The notes beneath the pieces were generated by a model that saw only the letters and a program-made list of their open reading frames with translations, searched no databases and was not told where the DNA came from. From NCBI RefSeq assembly GCF_001194135.2, contig NC_068982.1:35718155-35782154 (forward strand): DNA of 64,000 nucleotides, read 5' to 3'. A program made the position numbers and the translations under genes. Positions 61,263 through 64,000 of the stretch are shown here, in pieces (positions within the stretch are counted from its first letter, which is position 1; each line of letters begins with the position of its first letter). The stretch is from Octopus bimaculoides (taxonomy: Eukaryota).

Positions 61263-63527
61263 GTATTAAAGAAATAATCCTTTGTACTTTATGCCACAAG
61301 GCCTCTATTAGAGTGATAATAACAACTATTTTTTTTTTTTTTTGCAACATATAGTGAAGCAGAATGGAAGTTTTAATCGCTTTGGAAATTATTTGGAAAC
61401 CTTTCTTTAAAATGTTCTAATGTTACTGTTAGTGCAGTGATTTCTTTTGGCTGACACCTATATAAAGAGAACCTTCTAACTTCTTCAATCCAAAGAGTGA
61501 ATAACGAATTTATAGTAAGTTCTTTCGGGTTAGATCATATTCTCGACATAATCTGTTGAGAGTTTCTCACCAAACGAAAAAAATAACAGTTTAGCGAACT
61601 AAAATGTCAACAATGGCTAAAGGAAACTGTTTGGAATATCACAATGTAAGGTATTGAATGTTGTGATAAATATCATCAAGATATAACAATATACACAAAA
61701 CTGAATAAGAAAAAGGGAAAATTGCTGTGAAGTAGAGTTGGGGTCGTGTAAGAAACGTTTGGTTGTGAGTTAGTTTCATTGATTTTTTCCCTACAGATGA
61801 CTCAGCCTTTCTTGAATATGACGATATCCTGAAGCTAGATCTCTGTATTTTTCACTGATTGTTGATTTGGTATTTAATGAAAAATATAATGAAAGTTTCT
61901 TATAATGTTTTGCTATAAAAAAGAAAATGGCAAGCCGCAAAATAAGATAAACTTTTTTCGCCTGGAAGATATTCTAATGCTACAGAAATCTCCAGTGAAC
62001 TGTGTCATTATGCCCATCCCTTTTATTATTATTATTGAGTGAGAGAGCAATTATTATTATTATTATTATTATTATTTTAGTCTTATGAACTGTATCTAAT
62101 CCTTCCAACTAAAAAAAAAAGTTTTGCGAACAAACACTATAAGCCTCATTATGTGCACTTAGGAACCAGAATTCAATTTTACTCCGATATTCAAACTATT
62201 TAAGCTTCCATTACTGGAAAGAGAAAAACCATCTCGTGTCTGCAGATTGAAAAGGAGTGGGTGTGTATAACCTGTCAAGGACAAATGCTGCCTGCGTTCT
62301 GAATCGTCTTAAAAGTTCAACTAATCGGATTAACTGAAGTCAGTATTAGTTTGAAATAACTGACTCACCGTGTACCGTAACATGATTTATCTACCATTGC
62401 TTTACAAATATATACATGTGTATCGAAGCAACACTGGAAAATAGATATAAAATGAAATCAGCAAAAACAATAGCATAACATGATAACTGTAAAATAAAAG
62501 TTAAAGGATGTATATAGAAGAAACAATAAAGAGAATGAACTTTCGTCTTAAAAGAAATGTTAAGAATAAAAAGATTCTTAAATGAATGTAATTCTTTCAC
62601 ATATGTGTGTGTTTGTGTATTTAGAGATAGATAAATGTATGAATGAAAATTTCTCGCTTAAAATGCTTTGTGCTATATAAATTTTCTGTAGAAGTGTTCA
62701 TTCAAAATAACGACTTTCCATTTGCGACAAAAACACAATTGTAAATCTGATTTTGTATGAAATATGCGACAACTGTCCCAATGAGTTTATCGTGAATAAT
62801 GTTAAAGATGTCATTATCTCTTAGCCACAGAGTAGAAAAGTGAAAGGAGGTGAGCGAATGGCTTATGATTTCTGAGTTCAATTCAGCTGCCAGCGTTTCA
62901 CCGTTTCTGAATTGATTAACTTATTCTGCGTTGTCTCTGTTCGTCAAGCGGATGTTGTATTACATAGTAATAAAAAAACACTTCGATCTTGCATATGTTT
63001 ATTTTATTGGGGATCATATCAAATCTTTGTGCGTATATTACATGGCCAATTTCTAAGGAGAAATCCAACAGAATTTTACTGTAATCATTTTCTATACCAG
63101 TTTCCGGTCGATAGATTTTCCATCTATTTTAAATCCAAATATCCTAACAACCCAATTTTTCATTTTCTACCTTCTTCTTTCTTCATTTGTATTGGTTTTG
63201 TCCCATATTGCTTTAGGTACACACTATAAATTCGACAGTTTATTAGACACTTAATTTCTCGTTGGTTTCTGTCTAGTTTTGTTTTAATAAGATTCGTTCA
63301 ATTACTAGTTCTTGCACAAGTCGTGACCAAAGTTCAACTTACCCTCCTATCCCTCTCTATTTCAATTAAGCCCACTTTTTCTCATCCAGCCTGACAAACT
63401 GTCCATGAAAACTGTTCATATAACACCATTCTTTTTCCCAGCTGCTCATTATTATTATTATTATTTTTATTTTCAAAGCCGGCCAGCTGGCAGAATCGTT
63501 AGCACGCCGGTCGAACTGCTTCGCGGT

Positions 63528-64000
63528 AAAACGGCTCTGTGAATTATTGTGAATACTGTTGTATTACTTTGTGAAAACTGTCTCGGTAAATAATTGTGAT
63601 TTTTGTGGAATTATTACGGTTGCATTTCACGTGAGCTGCTGCATTTTTCCCTGCTATGGTAAGTGGTAGTGTCTCCAGTATGGAGAGCTACGCCAAGGCC
63701 ACTGCGGTGAGGAAGCCAGTGCCGCTGGAAACCAAATTAATCAAGTTGGATATGGAGGAGTCGACCAGAAGCAGGAATTTGATAGAGGTTGAGGGAGACT
63801 CGTACAAATTGTTGTGTCCCCCAAAAGAGACTAAAGAAAAGAAAATTCTGAGGACAGTAGTGTATCGTACACAGGCTGTCGAAACCGGTAAAATTGAAAT
63901 GGTGACGGAAGAGGAAATCGAGGAGTGCCTGGGTGAAATTGTCAATGAAGCCACGTACATCAGCAGAGGAAGAAAGTTCGGTACGGTTGAGGTGAGGTTC
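63528..64000 (+). mobile_element. 5' end of a probable L1/Tx1-like LINE; ORF1 at 63656-64000, open to the window edge
   Basis: Abrupt GC rise and 115 uninterrupted codons (MVSGSVSSMESYAKATAVRKP...YISRGRKFGTVEVRF), intronless. SYAxA and GTVEVRF resemble L1/Tx1 ORF1. Absent from the ORF track because there is no stop within the window. Confidence 0.55.

Overview
AT-rich, microsatellite- and SINE-dense eukaryotic genomic DNA with several N gaps. The repeat repertoire suggests an octopus/cephalopod assembly (inference). Bases 465-16988 hold the last five coding exons of a NELL-like gene on the + strand (EGF plus VWC domains, all GT-AG, phases consistent, stop at 16986-16988). A second, unidentified spliced transcription unit probably starts near 39752 on the - strand and runs toward NELL. 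The rest is mostly mobile DNA: several tRNA-derived SINE families, two near-full-length decayed mariners plus fragments, an RLE-type non-LTR 3' end, foldback/MITE elements, a 29-bp minisatellite, and the open 5' ORF of a probable L1/Tx1-like LINE running off the right edge. The most notable unannotated signal is four type I hammerhead ribozyme motifs with the minimal architecture known from Penelope-like elements. Three lie in sense orientation, one in each of the last three NELL introns. One of these belongs to a composite element with a tRNA-like Pol III head, a hammerhead tail and an inverted copy of that tail. All calls are by eye; no searches were run.
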